Source: Spirochaetia bacterium
Lineage (GTDB): Bacteria > Spirochaetota > Spirochaetia > SP-2023
Assembly: GCA_965225855.1 (NCBI GenBank)
Contig: CBDDCK010000005.1
Span: 512,001 to 576,000 of the forward strand
DNA length: 64,000 nucleotides
Direction: 5' to 3'
Positions 39,869 through 49,325 of this stretch are shown piece by piece. The notes beneath the pieces were generated by a model, which made no database searches, was not told the DNA's origin, and saw nothing but the letters and a program-made list of their open reading frames with translations. A program made the translations under genes and the position numbers. Numbering within the stretch: position 1 is the first letter of the stretch; each line of letters begins with the position of its first letter.

Positions 39869-41641
39869 ATGTATAAGCTCAAACTACTTTTATTGCCTAT
39901 AGCCTTGCTACTGGCCTTTATGGCCTTTGCCTGCGCCCCACCCGATGACGATGATCGATCTTCTGGGCCGACTATCAATAACGCCATCTACGACTTTGCT
40001 ACGGCTATCTTAACCGTACAAGGCACTAACTTAAGTCCTACAGAAGCGCAAATCCAAACCATCGTGGTAGATGGCCTAGCCTTCAGTTCCTATACTGCAG
40101 ATGACGATGCCACTGGGGTAAATAGTAACGGTCTTGCAAAAGGTAAGTACCGTATTAAAAGCGATGGCACAGCGCTTTGGCTTAGACTTACCGATCAACA
40201 TAAAACTGTTCTTGAGGCCAAGCCCGGTATGGATAGCAATGGTCTAAAAAAAGGGTTGCTTAGCGTTGGTACTGGTGCTTGGGCGGGTTTAAATACAGCC
40301 AAAGACTTGGACGTTAGTAATATACCCGATAAGCAGTCTGAGACCGAATCCGAAGAAGAGTCGCCTAAGCAAACTGAAGAAGCTGAACAAGACGAACAAG
40401 CTGAAGAAGTCGAACAAGCTGAAGATAAGCAGTCGCCTGAACTACCCGAAGCCGAACAAACCGAAGAAGTCGAAGATAAGCAGTCTAAGACCGAAACCGA
40501 AGAGCAGTCGCCTAAGCAACCTAAAGCCGAAGAGCAGTCGCCTAAAGCCGCAATTACCGGTGCAACCTACAATGTTGGCACGGCTCTGCTAACCGTACAA
40601 GGTACTGACTTAGGTAGTGCGACCCAAGCCCAAATCCAAACTATTACGGTAGATGGTGTAGCCTTAAGTTCCTATACTGCAGATGGCACAGCCACTGGGG
40701 CAGATAGTAGCAGTCTTGCAAAAGGTAAGTACCGTATTAAAAGCGATGGCACAGCCATTTGGCTTTACCTTACCGATCAACATAAAACTACTCTGAATGG
40801 CAAGACAGGTATGGATACCAATGGTAGAAAAGTCGGGTTGCTTACTAGCACTGGTGCTTGGGCGGGTTTAGATACAGCCAAAGACTTAACCGTTAGTGGA
40901 CACCCCGAAATCACCAGTGCAAGCTATGATGTAGAAACAGGCGTGTTAGTGATTACAGGTGTCAATTTACCAAAAGCAGTTACAGGCTGGGACTTTAGGA
41001 AATTGAGGTTTGTCGCAGGTAATGGTCGTAAGAGTGAACCATTATTACCGCACCGCGTAACCGGTAAAAACACTAACAGAGGTTCTGCAGCAAGTGCAAC
41101 AAGCTTAACGATTACTTTAATCGGTCATCAAAAATTGACAGCCAATAGGATATTGGTTAAGAATGGTGATAGTGATGTTGATGGTGCATACAACCTGGAA
41201 GCAGCAGCAGGATTTGCAGGTGGTAGGGCAGCAGACACAAGCAATAACCCGATTACCGTTAGTGGGTATGTAGTCAGAATCAATGACGCAAACTACTCTG
41301 CTGATACAGGCTTGTTACGGATTTTCGGTCTCAATTTACCGACAACAATTGCAGAGTGGGACTTTAGCAAATTGACGCTTGTATCCGGTGATGGTAATAA
41401 GAGATACACATTACCCCAGCACGCAATAGGTGAAAACACAGCCACAGGTTCTACAGCAACTTTATACTTCTTATATATTACTTTAAGCGGTAGTGTAAAA
41501 GCCAAAGCCAATAGTATATTGGTTAAGAATGGTAAAAGTGATAATAATGGTGCATACAACCTGGAAGTAGCAGCAGGATTTGTAATTGGTGGTTCAGCAG
41601 ACCCAACCAATGCTATTAAAGTTGCAGGAGTTGTTGAGTAG
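39869..41641 (+). CDS. Modular surface lipoprotein with repeated beta-rich (Ig-like) domains and acidic linker (lipoprotein 1)
   Basis: GGAGG RBS; signal peptide ending AFA-C, then APPDDDD; domain order A-linker-A-B-B; paralogue of 59748-62801. Confidence 0.85.
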   Translation: MYKLKLLLLPIALLLAFMAFACAPPDDDDRSSGPTINNAIYDFATAILTVQGTNLSPTEAQIQTIVVDGLAFSSYTADDDATGVNSNGLAKGKYRIKSDGTALWLRLTDQHKTVLEAKPGMDSNGLKKGLLSVGTGAWAGLNTAKDLDVSNIPDKQSETESEEESPKQTEEAEQDEQAEEVEQAEDKQSPELPEAEQTEEVEDKQSKTETEEQSPKQPKAEEQSPKAAITGATYNVGTALLTVQGTDLGSATQAQIQTITVDGVALSSYTADGTATGADSSSLAKGKYRIKSDGTAIWLYLTDQHKTTLNGKTGMDTNGRKVGLLTSTGAWAGLDTAKDLTVSGHPEITSASYDVETGVLVITGVNLPKAVTGWDFRKLRFVAGNGRKSEPLLPHRVTGKNTNRGSAASATSLTITLIGHQKLTANRILVKNGDSDVDGAYNLEAAAGFAGGRAADTSNNPITVSGYVVRINDANYSADTGLLRIFGLNLPTTIAEWDFSKLTLVSGDGNKRYTLPQHAIGENTATGSTATLYFLYITLSGSVKAKANSILVKNGKSDNNGAYNLEVAAGFVIGGSADPTNAIKVAGVVE

Positions 41642-41682
41642 GGTTTTGTTGTTACGGTAAGCAATGCTTACATTTGAAAATT

Positions 41683-41718
41683 GCAGCCTTGGTAAATTTT
41701 TTTATCAAGGCTGCTTTT
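41683..41718 (+). terminator. Rho-independent terminator
   Basis: GCAGCCTTGGTAAA / TTTATCAAGGCTGC stem followed by TTTT, 40 bp after the lipoprotein 1 stop. Confidence 0.8.
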
Positions 41719-41840
41719 GCTGTATAGCAAAGCTAGAAAAACTTTATTAAGGCTACAAACTTTTTTTAGTAATAGCTTTAAACAAAATCTTTGAACAAAG
41801 CCCTTACAATAATTATTGCCAGAACGTTGGCATAAAAATT

Positions 41841-42287
41841 AAGAGATTCTCTTAATGCCCAATAATAGAGTCTCTTAATGCCTAATAAGAGATTTTCTTA
41901 ATGCTCAATAAGAGATTTTCTTAATGTATAACAACAGAATTTCTTAATGCCTAACAAGAAAGTTTCTTAATACCCAATAAGAGAATTTCTTAATGCTCAA
42001 TAAGAGAGTTTCTTAATACCTAACAAGAGAATTTCTTAATGCCCAATAAGAGATTTTCTTAATACCCAACAAGAAAGTTTCTTAATGCCCAATAATAGAA
42101 TTTCTTAATGCTCAATAATAGATTTTCTTAATGTATAACAAGAGAATTTCTTAATGCCCAATAAGAGATTTTCTTAATGCCTAATAAGAGAATTTCTTAA
42201 TACCTAACAAGAGAATTTCTTAATACCTAACAAGAGAATTTCTTAATACCTAACAAGAGAATTTCTTAATGCATAACAAGAGATTTT
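41841..42287. repeat. 23-bp tandem array, family C (AAGAGAWTTTCTTAATRCCYAAY), 19 full units plus a partial
   Basis: Constant 23-bp period from 41841 to 42278 (437 bp = 19 units); no unique spacers. Confidence 0.97.
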
Positions 42288-42440
42288 TGTAACAAGATAA
42301 ACTTTGGCCAAGCCTTGCTGGCCTTTTGGGTGGGTACTATGGCTAGTAACCCACTACCAAGCGGGTAGTGGATTGCTAGCTTGGTAGTGGAATAATTTTG
42401 CTTATTCATAGTTATTACGCTTGGATTTTCTAAATACAGA

Positions 42441-43592
42441 TTAAAGAAATTCAAGCACTTCAATACTTAATTCTTCTAATCTTATACCAGCATAGCGGTG
42501 CAAACTATCGACAACATATGTTTGCAATTTATAAAGGAAGCTATTTAATTCTTTAGCATTTTCACCTTTTACCAAACAAAACGGTATTTTGATAAATATT
42601 TTCACCCTCTGCGATAATCGGCCAATGCGCATCCGCTCTATTTCAATATCTTGGTTGTATTCGTCAATACAGTGGACAATCATTTGCCGTAAAGCACTTT
42701 CGGTAATTTGAACTTTCCCTTGTTTTTGCGAATTATCTTCGAGGTCTTTGTTCATAAATTGGGGTTTTACCACCATTTTTTCAAAAACTTTTTCACCCTT
42801 TTTCCGCGTATACTTTTTTAAATAGTGCTTCATACCCAAACGCAAGTCCGAAAGAAATACACGAAAACTTTCTTTAAATAAGTAGTTGTACTCTCTGGAA
42901 ACTTCAATCGCAGGAACAGGGATAATATGATGCCCTCCGCGGCGACTCTTACGGGCTTTCTCTATTTCTTCTGGATTAGATATTTCTTCTATATAAGTTA
43001 TATCACTCTCGGCAATTTGGGGCAGGCCCAACCGGTCGGCAATTATATAGACCATTTTGGTCGAGGTACCCACCAACAAGATCCGTTGTACTTTATTTTC
43101 TTTTATTGCCGTTCGCACTTCGGCTAAATGTTCAGAGTCATCAAACAGGGCGGTTTTGATGGCCTTGATGTAAATTTGTTCATTTTTAGCCGAACGGCCT
43201 GCAACAATTCGGCTATTTTCTATTAAAATGCCGTCATCAATTAAAAATGGAATATTGTGGTTTTCGGCAAATAATAAGGCACGAAAACTTTTGCCCGTAC
43301 CGCTGGCTCCCACAAGGGCAAAAGGGCGGGGACGACCACCACGCAGTAATAAATCTATTTTTTGGACAACGACTTGATGTTGTCCAAAGTGCGCTTCGAT
43401 AATAGGCTCTGCACGTTCACGCAGCCGGCGCAATTTTTGACGCACATTGAATCGCTGTTTACCCGAGCCTTTTATATTTTTAGCTGCATCATTTTCACAA
43501 TGTAATGCCATTGCCCCACCCCTTTTTTCTTCCAAGGAACTTGGCTCAATTGCTTTTTCTGAACTTCTTGGTTTGGGCTTACGCAAGGGCAT
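42441..43592 (-). CDS. Conserved P-loop protein with C-terminal Asp23/Gls24-like domain
   Basis: ALVGASGTGKSFRA, IDDGILI, AGRSAK, HIIPVPAIEV, GKVQITESALRQM. Confidence 0.8.
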   Translation of the reverse strand: MPLRKPKPRSSEKAIEPSSLEEKRGGAMALHCENDAAKNIKGSGKQRFNVRQKLRRLRERAEPIIEAHFGQHQVVVQKIDLLLRGGRPRPFALVGASGTGKSFRALLFAENHNIPFLIDDGILIENSRIVAGRSAKNEQIYIKAIKTALFDDSEHLAEVRTAIKENKVQRILLVGTSTKMVYIIADRLGLPQIAESDITYIEEISNPEEIEKARKSRRGGHHIIPVPAIEVSREYNYLFKESFRVFLSDLRLGMKHYLKKYTRKKGEKVFEKMVVKPQFMNKDLEDNSQKQGKVQITESALRQMIVHCIDEYNQDIEIERMRIGRLSQRVKIFIKIPFCLVKGENAKELNSFLYKLQTYVVDSLHRYAGIRLEELSIEVLEFL

Positions 43593-43663
43593 CGTCCACT
43601 TTTTTCATTAGGATACTAAAGAACAGAAATAACCAAACTCAAGTCTGCGGTATAACAATAAAC

Positions 43664-43975
43664 TCACGAAGCTGCTGAGCTGGTTTCATTCTTCGGAGCG
43701 TTACTTGCAGTATTAGCAGAAGAATTGCCCGATTCTCCAGTTTTTTCAGCTTTTCCTTTTGGGGTTTGTTTGTCCTTTGTTTGCTTTGTGTCTGCTTTTT
43801 TGCTATCGTTGACGTAAAAACCATCGCCCTTAAAAATAACCCCTGCGCTGGAAATCAAGCGGCGCAGTTTAGGCTCTTGGCAATGGGGGCAATCTTGCAA
43901 AGGCTGGTCGTGAATAGACTGAGAAGCCTCAAACTGGGCTTCACAAGAACTACACTGATAGTCATAAGTAGGCAT
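43664..43975 (-). CDS. FmdB-family zinc-ribbon protein
   Basis: MPTYDYQCSSC...CPHC...GVIFKGDGFYVND. Confidence 0.92.
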   Translation of the reverse strand: MPTYDYQCSSCEAQFEASQSIHDQPLQDCPHCQEPKLRRLISSAGVIFKGDGFYVNDSKKADTKQTKDKQTPKGKAEKTGESGNSSANTASNAPKNETSSAAS

Positions 43976-44053
43976 ATCTTCTCCTGTTTTTTTATCACTC
44001 TCACTATAGAAAGTATATTTCGCAAGTTTGGTACTGGTAAACCAGACCCTATT

Positions 44054-45355
44054 CTAGATAGTTCCCGGGATTAGCTTGAGAATTTCTTTGATGGAGAGGC
44101 ATTGCTCATCAACTTCAAAAGAACGGCCGTGTTCAAGAATTTTATGGGCTACGTCCCACATGGCAGGGTAGGCAGAACGCAACATGTGATTTGCGTAAAT
44201 ACAGACATTGATACCCTGATCGATTAATTCCCTCTCATAAACCTTGTTGTAACTGGTTGGCACCACGATAAGAGGAACAACTCTAGGCAAGCGGTGGAAA
44301 CGCTTACAAAACTCATAGATTTCAGCGGGGTCTTTATGGCGACTGTGTATCATAATCCCATCAACCCCAGCATTGATATAGGCATCGGCACGAGCAATTG
44401 CATCGGCCATACCAGCATCGAGAATTAGGCTTTCAATGCGGGCGACTATCATAAATTCTGGGTTGACCCTAGCGTGCAGTCCCGCTTGAATCTTGGTGCA
44501 AAAGCCTTCAATGCTATCCTGCTGTTGCGCAACTTCATTGCCCAACAGAGAATTTTTCTTCAGTCCAGTTTTATCTTCGATAATCACAGCAGAAACACCC
44601 ACACGCTCCAGCGTACGAACGGTGAAAGGAAAATGTTCCAACTTGCCACCCGTATCGCCATCGTAAATCATGGGCTTGGTGGTTACTTCAAAAATATCAT
44701 TGATGGTTACGAGCCTTGAAGTTATATCGACTGCTTCTATATCGGGCTTTCCCCTACTGGTGGAATCTGTGAGGGAGCTAGACCACATACCGTCAAAACA
44801 AACGGTTTTACTGTCTCGTTCCACCGCAGCATTTTCGGCAATTAAGCCCGAGAGGCCGTTATGAGTTTCTAACACGCGCACCATATCTTTAGCGGCTATC
44901 AAACGCTTTAGGCTTTGCAAGCGCATTGTCGGGGTAATGCCAGTACTGGAAATGTTTTTGATAATATCCGAGGAGCTAATATCTTTGGTATAGGGCACCT
45001 CTATTAGCTTACCACCCCATTGGACTAAAGCACTGATAACCCGATTGCGGAAAATATCCATCGGGGCTTTTTGCCAGTCATCACCGTGGATTACATAGTT
45101 TGGCTGTAGCTTGGCTACCATTACCGAATCGTCCCACTCTTCTTGGGGTACAACTTGGGATACACCTTTTAAATTCTCCAGCACTTGCCTGCGTTGTTCA
45201 AAATTGAGATAGGGTAAACGCTTGTAGTCAGCAATGGCTTTATCGGTCAATAAGCCAACCGTTACATCGCCGTACTCACGAGCTTTTTCGATAATGCGAA
45301 TGTGCCCATGATGGATAATATCACCACTCATAGATACATAGACCTTTTTCATCAA
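44054..45355 (-). CDS. aepX: Phosphoenolpyruvate mutase fused to an N-terminal cytidylyltransferase domain
   Basis: DIIHHGH and HGDDW (CTP transferase); IIEDKTGLKKNS (EDKX5NS PepM signature). Confidence 0.95.
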   Translation of the reverse strand: MMKKVYVSMSGDIIHHGHIRIIEKAREYGDVTVGLLTDKAIADYKRLPYLNFEQRRQVLENLKGVSQVVPQEEWDDSVMVAKLQPNYVIHGDDWQKAPMDIFRNRVISALVQWGGKLIEVPYTKDISSSDIIKNISSTGITPTMRLQSLKRLIAAKDMVRVLETHNGLSGLIAENAAVERDSKTVCFDGMWSSSLTDSTSRGKPDIEAVDITSRLVTINDIFEVTTKPMIYDGDTGGKLEHFPFTVRTLERVGVSAVIIEDKTGLKKNSLLGNEVAQQQDSIEGFCTKIQAGLHARVNPEFMIVARIESLILDAGMADAIARADAYINAGVDGIMIHSRHKDPAEIYEFCKRFHRLPRVVPLIVVPTSYNKVYERELIDQGINVCIYANHMLRSAYPAMWDVAHKILEHGRSFEVDEQCLSIKEILKLIPGTI

Positions 45356-45768
45356 CTACTCCTAGCTATTCTTATTTTGACGTTGCAAAAGTAGGGGCAG
45401 ATTCTACTTATAGACCGAACAATCTGCAAGCACTTTAGATAAAAACCGTTTCATACAAAAATAAAAGCTTAGATTCTCTTTACTAAAAGAGCCGATAGGA
45501 TAAAGCTCTACCCAAGAACCAAGAACCAAGGCCCAAGAACCAAGGCCCATAATGATAAACGAAGAAGCAAAAGAAAGGTTATACTACCAATATTCTATTT
45601 ATTACCCGAACTTACTTATTATTTATTGTATTCTAGCGATAATACGTATTGACCAGACAACCAAAAATTCCCTTTATAGTTCAACAACCGACTCTCTTTA
45701 CGACCTACAAGATTTACTCTACATTATTTTGACTTTGTTCTGCTGTAGTTTCATAGTTATGAATTGAG

Positions 45769-45813
45769 CAAGTCGATAACTATGGATTAGGTCGGTCCAT
45801 AGTTATCGACTTG
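45769..45813. repeat. Perfect 18-bp inverted repeat with a 9-nt loop; degenerate copy at 39559-39601
   Basis: CAAGTCGATAACTATGGA-ttaggtcgg-TCCATAGTTATCGACTTG. Confidence 0.9.
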
Positions 45814-45873
45814 GCTGACTATCATTTTAGGATACAGGTAACCCAATAATTCATCCAGTAATTAAATTAGTAT

Positions 45874-46068
45874 TCAATAGGCCCTCACCTGATCATTGAC
45901 TAGCTAAATATGGTTGCCATCTTGGTTTAGTAGAAATATGCCATTCGTCCGCGCTTGTTCTATCATCTCCTCATCGGTGATCAAAGTGCCAAAGCCAAAA
46001 TACAGCTTCTGATCGTTGTACTCAGGATAGCTTTCTCTAAACTGTTTAATTTTCTTTTCAACAAATTC
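45874..46068 (-). pseudogene. C-terminal remnant of a DUF3782-like PD-(D/E)xK protein
   Basis: EFVEKKIKQFRESYPEYNDQKLYFGFGTLITDEEMIEQARTNGIFLLNQDGNHI*LVNDQVRAY*, homologous to the C-termini of 58735 and 63123; internal TAG at 45904-45906. Confidence 0.75.
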
Positions 46069-46325
46069 CCCTTGGGTAAACCTTGGGTAAGGCCCAAGCT
46101 CCGCAATTATCTAACCACGGCAGGGGCCTCCTTATATAGTTTGGCAATTGTAGCGATTGGCCATAGTTGGCACTAGCTCCCAAAACTAAGGCCAAACTCA
46201 AGGCCCTAATTCAGAAATATTGTATTTATTTTTCATTTTCCAAGAGAATAAATATTTAGATGAATATTTTATATCTAATCTTGTATGGAACTCACAAAAT
46301 ATAGGTTGATAAATTTTGAGTGTGC

Positions 46326-46370
46326 TTGACAAGACTTTATTTCCCCTTATTATTATTGGTTATCAATATT
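46326..46370 (+). promoter_or_regulatory. Sigma70-type promoter with an overlapping Fur-box-like dyad
   Basis: TTGACA(46326)-16-TATTAT(46348). 46352-46370 on the minus strand reads AATATTGATAACCAATAAT, 13/19 to GATAATGATAATCATTATC; lies upstream of iron uptake genes. Confidence 0.55.
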
Positions 46371-46393
46371 ATTTGATTTTAAGGTTTAAGGTT

Positions 46394-47200
46394 ATGCTGT
46401 CGTGCTGTAATATTTCTTCAGGATATGGGAAAAACTCCCAAGTCTTTTTTGGATTAAATTTAAATTTTGAACCCAATAGATTTACCGTATTATTGGGTGC
46501 AAATGGCTGTGGCAAAAGCACATTATTAAAAACTATTATGGGTTTTTTGCCACTATCACAGGGCAAGATTTTATTAAACGATATTAATGTGCGTTCCATT
46601 AAACCGAAAAAATTGGCTAAGAAAATTTCCTATTTGCCGCAGCATCTCCATTGTCCCGATTATTTAACGGTGGGAGAATTAGTGGAATTGGGGCGTTATG
46701 CCAATTTAAAAGAAAGCGTTTTTGGGGCCATTAACAAACAGGAACGTGATTATTTCATCTATTGTTTAGAACAAGTTGGCTTGCAAGATATGGCAAGTAT
46801 TGCTGTCAATTCACTCTCTGGCGGGCAAAAACAACGAGCATGGATTGCGATGGTGCTAGCACAAGATAGCGATATTATTTTGCTGGACGAACCGGTCAAC
46901 CATTTGGACCCCAATTATCAATATTCAATCCTAAGCCTAGTTCGTAAAATTAGGATCGACAATAACAAAACAGTAATTGTAGTTCTGCATGATTTAAATC
47001 AGGCGTGTGTATTTGCCGATAACGCATGCTTACTAAAACAAGGCCAAGTTATTGCCAATGGTACAGTAACGCAATCTTTAACTGCTGATAATATTAAAAT
47101 CAGTTTTGATTTTGATATTGTTCCTATCGAACATCAAAGCCATAGGTTTTGTTTACCACAGACGCAAAGTTATCAGACCAACGCAACGGACAAAGCATGA
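46394..47200 (+). CDS. Iron-siderophore ABC transporter ATP-binding protein (FecE/FhuC-like)
   Basis: GANGCGKST, LSGGQKQRAWIAMVLAQD, LLDEP, VLHDLNQA. Confidence 0.92.
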   Translation: MLSCCNISSGYGKNSQVFFGLNLNFEPNRFTVLLGANGCGKSTLLKTIMGFLPLSQGKILLNDINVRSIKPKKLAKKISYLPQHLHCPDYLTVGELVELGRYANLKESVFGAINKQERDYFIYCLEQVGLQDMASIAVNSLSGGQKQRAWIAMVLAQDSDIILLDEPVNHLDPNYQYSILSLVRKIRIDNNKTVIVVLHDLNQACVFADNACLLKQGQVIANGTVTQSLTADNIKISFDFDIVPIEHQSHRFCLPQTQSYQTNATDKA

Positions 47201-48213
47201 CCAGACACAAGAATAGCATATGGCTGTTTTTCGGTTTTTTATTGCTAGTCATAGCACTGATTATCAATATGTCTGTGGGGTCAAAATATATCCCCATATT
47301 TGATGTGCTACGCGTTTTTTATGATTTTAACGAAGACTCTTATTTTGACTATATGGTGCGAGATACCCGTTTCCCCCGCAGCGTGATTGCGATTTTTGTG
47401 GCGGCAAATATGGCTGTTTGTGGTTGTGTTTTACAAGGAGTCTCTAACAATCCATTGGCATCGCCATCGTTATTAGGCATTACATCGGGTGCCGTTTTTG
47501 CTGTGGTATTCTTGGGATTTTATCTAAGTATTCCTTTGGAGTATCATGGTTTTGTTGCCTTTGGTGGCGGCATTATGGGATTTGCCTGTTGCTATATTGT
47601 TGCCAAAATGGCTGGATTAAAAAATGACCCACGAGGAATGGTGTTAATTTTAGCAGGGGCCATTGTATCTTCTTTGTTAGGTACTATTGCCAATGCTTTA
47701 GTGCTTGCCGATCAGGGGTTATGGACATTATTGCGCAACTGGATTGCAGGTGATATCAACCATGTGTATATGGAACGCCTCAATGATCTATGGTTATTTG
47801 GAGTTATCCCCATTTTGATTTTGTTTTATATTTCCCGCCCTTTGACATTAATTATCTTAGGAACAGAAACTGCCCAAGCTACCGGGGTTAATGTGAAATT
47901 TTATATGATGGTGGCTCTGACTTGTGCCATTTTTGCATCGACTGCCGCAACTGCCGTAATTGGCCCAGTTGGATTTTTTGGCTTGGTTGTGCCCCATATG
48001 GTGCGCCCTTTGGTGGGGGTACATTTTCGATATGCTATCCCTATGAATATATTTGTTGGCAGTACAGTTGGGTTGGTGGTGGATAGCATTGCTCGCACTG
48101 CATTTTTACCTTTTATCGTCAATACCAGCGTTATTATGCAAATATTAGGGGGCATTGTATTTGTATTGATGGTGAGAAGGTACTACATCAATAAACAAGT
48201 GTCCAATAGGTAA
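47197..48213 (+). CDS. FecCD-family iron ABC permease
   Basis: RFPR, NNPLASPSLLGITSGA, GPVGFFGLVVPH; ATGA overlap with the ATPase gene. Confidence 0.92.
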   Translation: MTRHKNSIWLFFGFLLLVIALIINMSVGSKYIPIFDVLRVFYDFNEDSYFDYMVRDTRFPRSVIAIFVAANMAVCGCVLQGVSNNPLASPSLLGITSGAVFAVVFLGFYLSIPLEYHGFVAFGGGIMGFACCYIVAKMAGLKNDPRGMVLILAGAIVSSLLGTIANALVLADQGLWTLLRNWIAGDINHVYMERLNDLWLFGVIPILILFYISRPLTLIILGTETAQATGVNVKFYMMVALTCAIFASTAATAVIGPVGFFGLVVPHMVRPLVGVHFRYAIPMNIFVGSTVGLVVDSIARTAFLPFIVNTSVIMQILGGIVFVLMVRRYYINKQVSNR

Positions 48214-48215
48214 AT

Positions 48216-49277
48216 ATGATGATTCAAAAAACTATAGATGGTCGCCATCGTTTGCATCTGCTATATTTTAACATGGATACCCACAATTTATTCACATTGG
48301 TATGGCTTGCCTTAGGTATTATATTTGCTATGGGCTGGTCTATTCAATCTGGCACAGAAAGCGTCTCATTTATAGAAGTATTGCAATCTTTTGTGGGCTA
48401 CGATTTGGGGGCAGATAAAGAATTTGCCATTTATGATAACCGCATGCCCCGTATTATTATGGCAGGGTTAGTCGGTTGTTGCGTTGCGATGGTAGGGGCA
48501 ATTTTGCAATCGCTAATGCGTAATCCATTGGCAGACCCCGGATTATTGGGATTATCACAAGGTAGCATTCTCACGATTATGGTAACCATGTTTTATTTTC
48601 CCAACTTGCCCCATATTTATTATCCTTGGTTTGCCTTGTTGGGTGGTTTAGCTGTTGGCTTTCTATTGCTATTTTTAGTGGGCAAACACAATCAAGGAGG
48701 TATTGCTATATTGTTGATGGGAATTGCGCTAGAGACCGTATTATCATCTATTTCATCAATTATGATTTTGCATTTTGACGTGACCCGGTCTTATAACATT
48801 GCCCAATGGGCACAGGGCTCACTGTTTTATTCTAGCTGGGATTATGTGCTTGAATTTATGGTTTGGTTTACCCTAGCCTTGGCGGGACTGATATTTTTGT
48901 GTAAACCGCTGCGAGTTTACGACCTTGGCGACCAAATGGCTTTGTCTTTAGGCGAACGCATTACCGTTAGCAAACCAATTTTGCTTATTTTTACTGTTTT
49001 AATTACAGCGGCTAGTGTTTCTGCTGTTGGTCCAATGGCATTTTTGGGGGTGTTATGCCCCCATCTGGTAGATTTTGTTACCAAAGCTAGTGGTCGTTCA
49101 CGGGTATTTCTATCGGGTATGGTAGGAGCATTTGTTTTGATTATTGCCGATTACATCACCCGAACGAATTTAACCTATTTATACATGCCTATCGGTATGA
49201 CTATTATTATGGTAGGAGTGCCATTATTTATTGTTACACTACGTTTGAGGTATTTGCAGATAGCGCGCAGTCAATAA
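48216..49277 (+). CDS. FecCD-family iron ABC permease
   Basis: RMPR, RNPLADPGLLG, GPMAFLGVLCPH. Confidence 0.92.
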   Translation: MMIQKTIDGRHRLHLLYFNMDTHNLFTLVWLALGIIFAMGWSIQSGTESVSFIEVLQSFVGYDLGADKEFAIYDNRMPRIIMAGLVGCCVAMVGAILQSLMRNPLADPGLLGLSQGSILTIMVTMFYFPNLPHIYYPWFALLGGLAVGFLLLFLVGKHNQGGIAILLMGIALETVLSSISSIMILHFDVTRSYNIAQWAQGSLFYSSWDYVLEFMVWFTLALAGLIFLCKPLRVYDLGDQMALSLGERITVSKPILLIFTVLITAASVSAVGPMAFLGVLCPHLVDFVTKASGRSRVFLSGMVGAFVLIIADYITRTNLTYLYMPIGMTIIMVGVPLFIVTLRLRYLQIARSQ

Positions 49278-49325
49278 TTTATATTCTTAATATCATAGAG
49301 AAAATAGAGAAAGGAGAAATATTCT

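Noticed and set aside
40328..40547. Acidic E/Q/K repeats in lipoprotein 1 as a separate element
   Set aside because: In-frame low-complexity linker explained by the CDS.
41841..42287. CRISPR array
   Set aside because: Units are contiguous 23-mers with no unique spacers, and no cas genes are in the window.
45511..45767. Short CCAAGAA/CCAAGGC repeats and the following 71-aa ORF
   Set aside because: A few low-complexity units and an ORF with no recognisable motif; no function can be supported.
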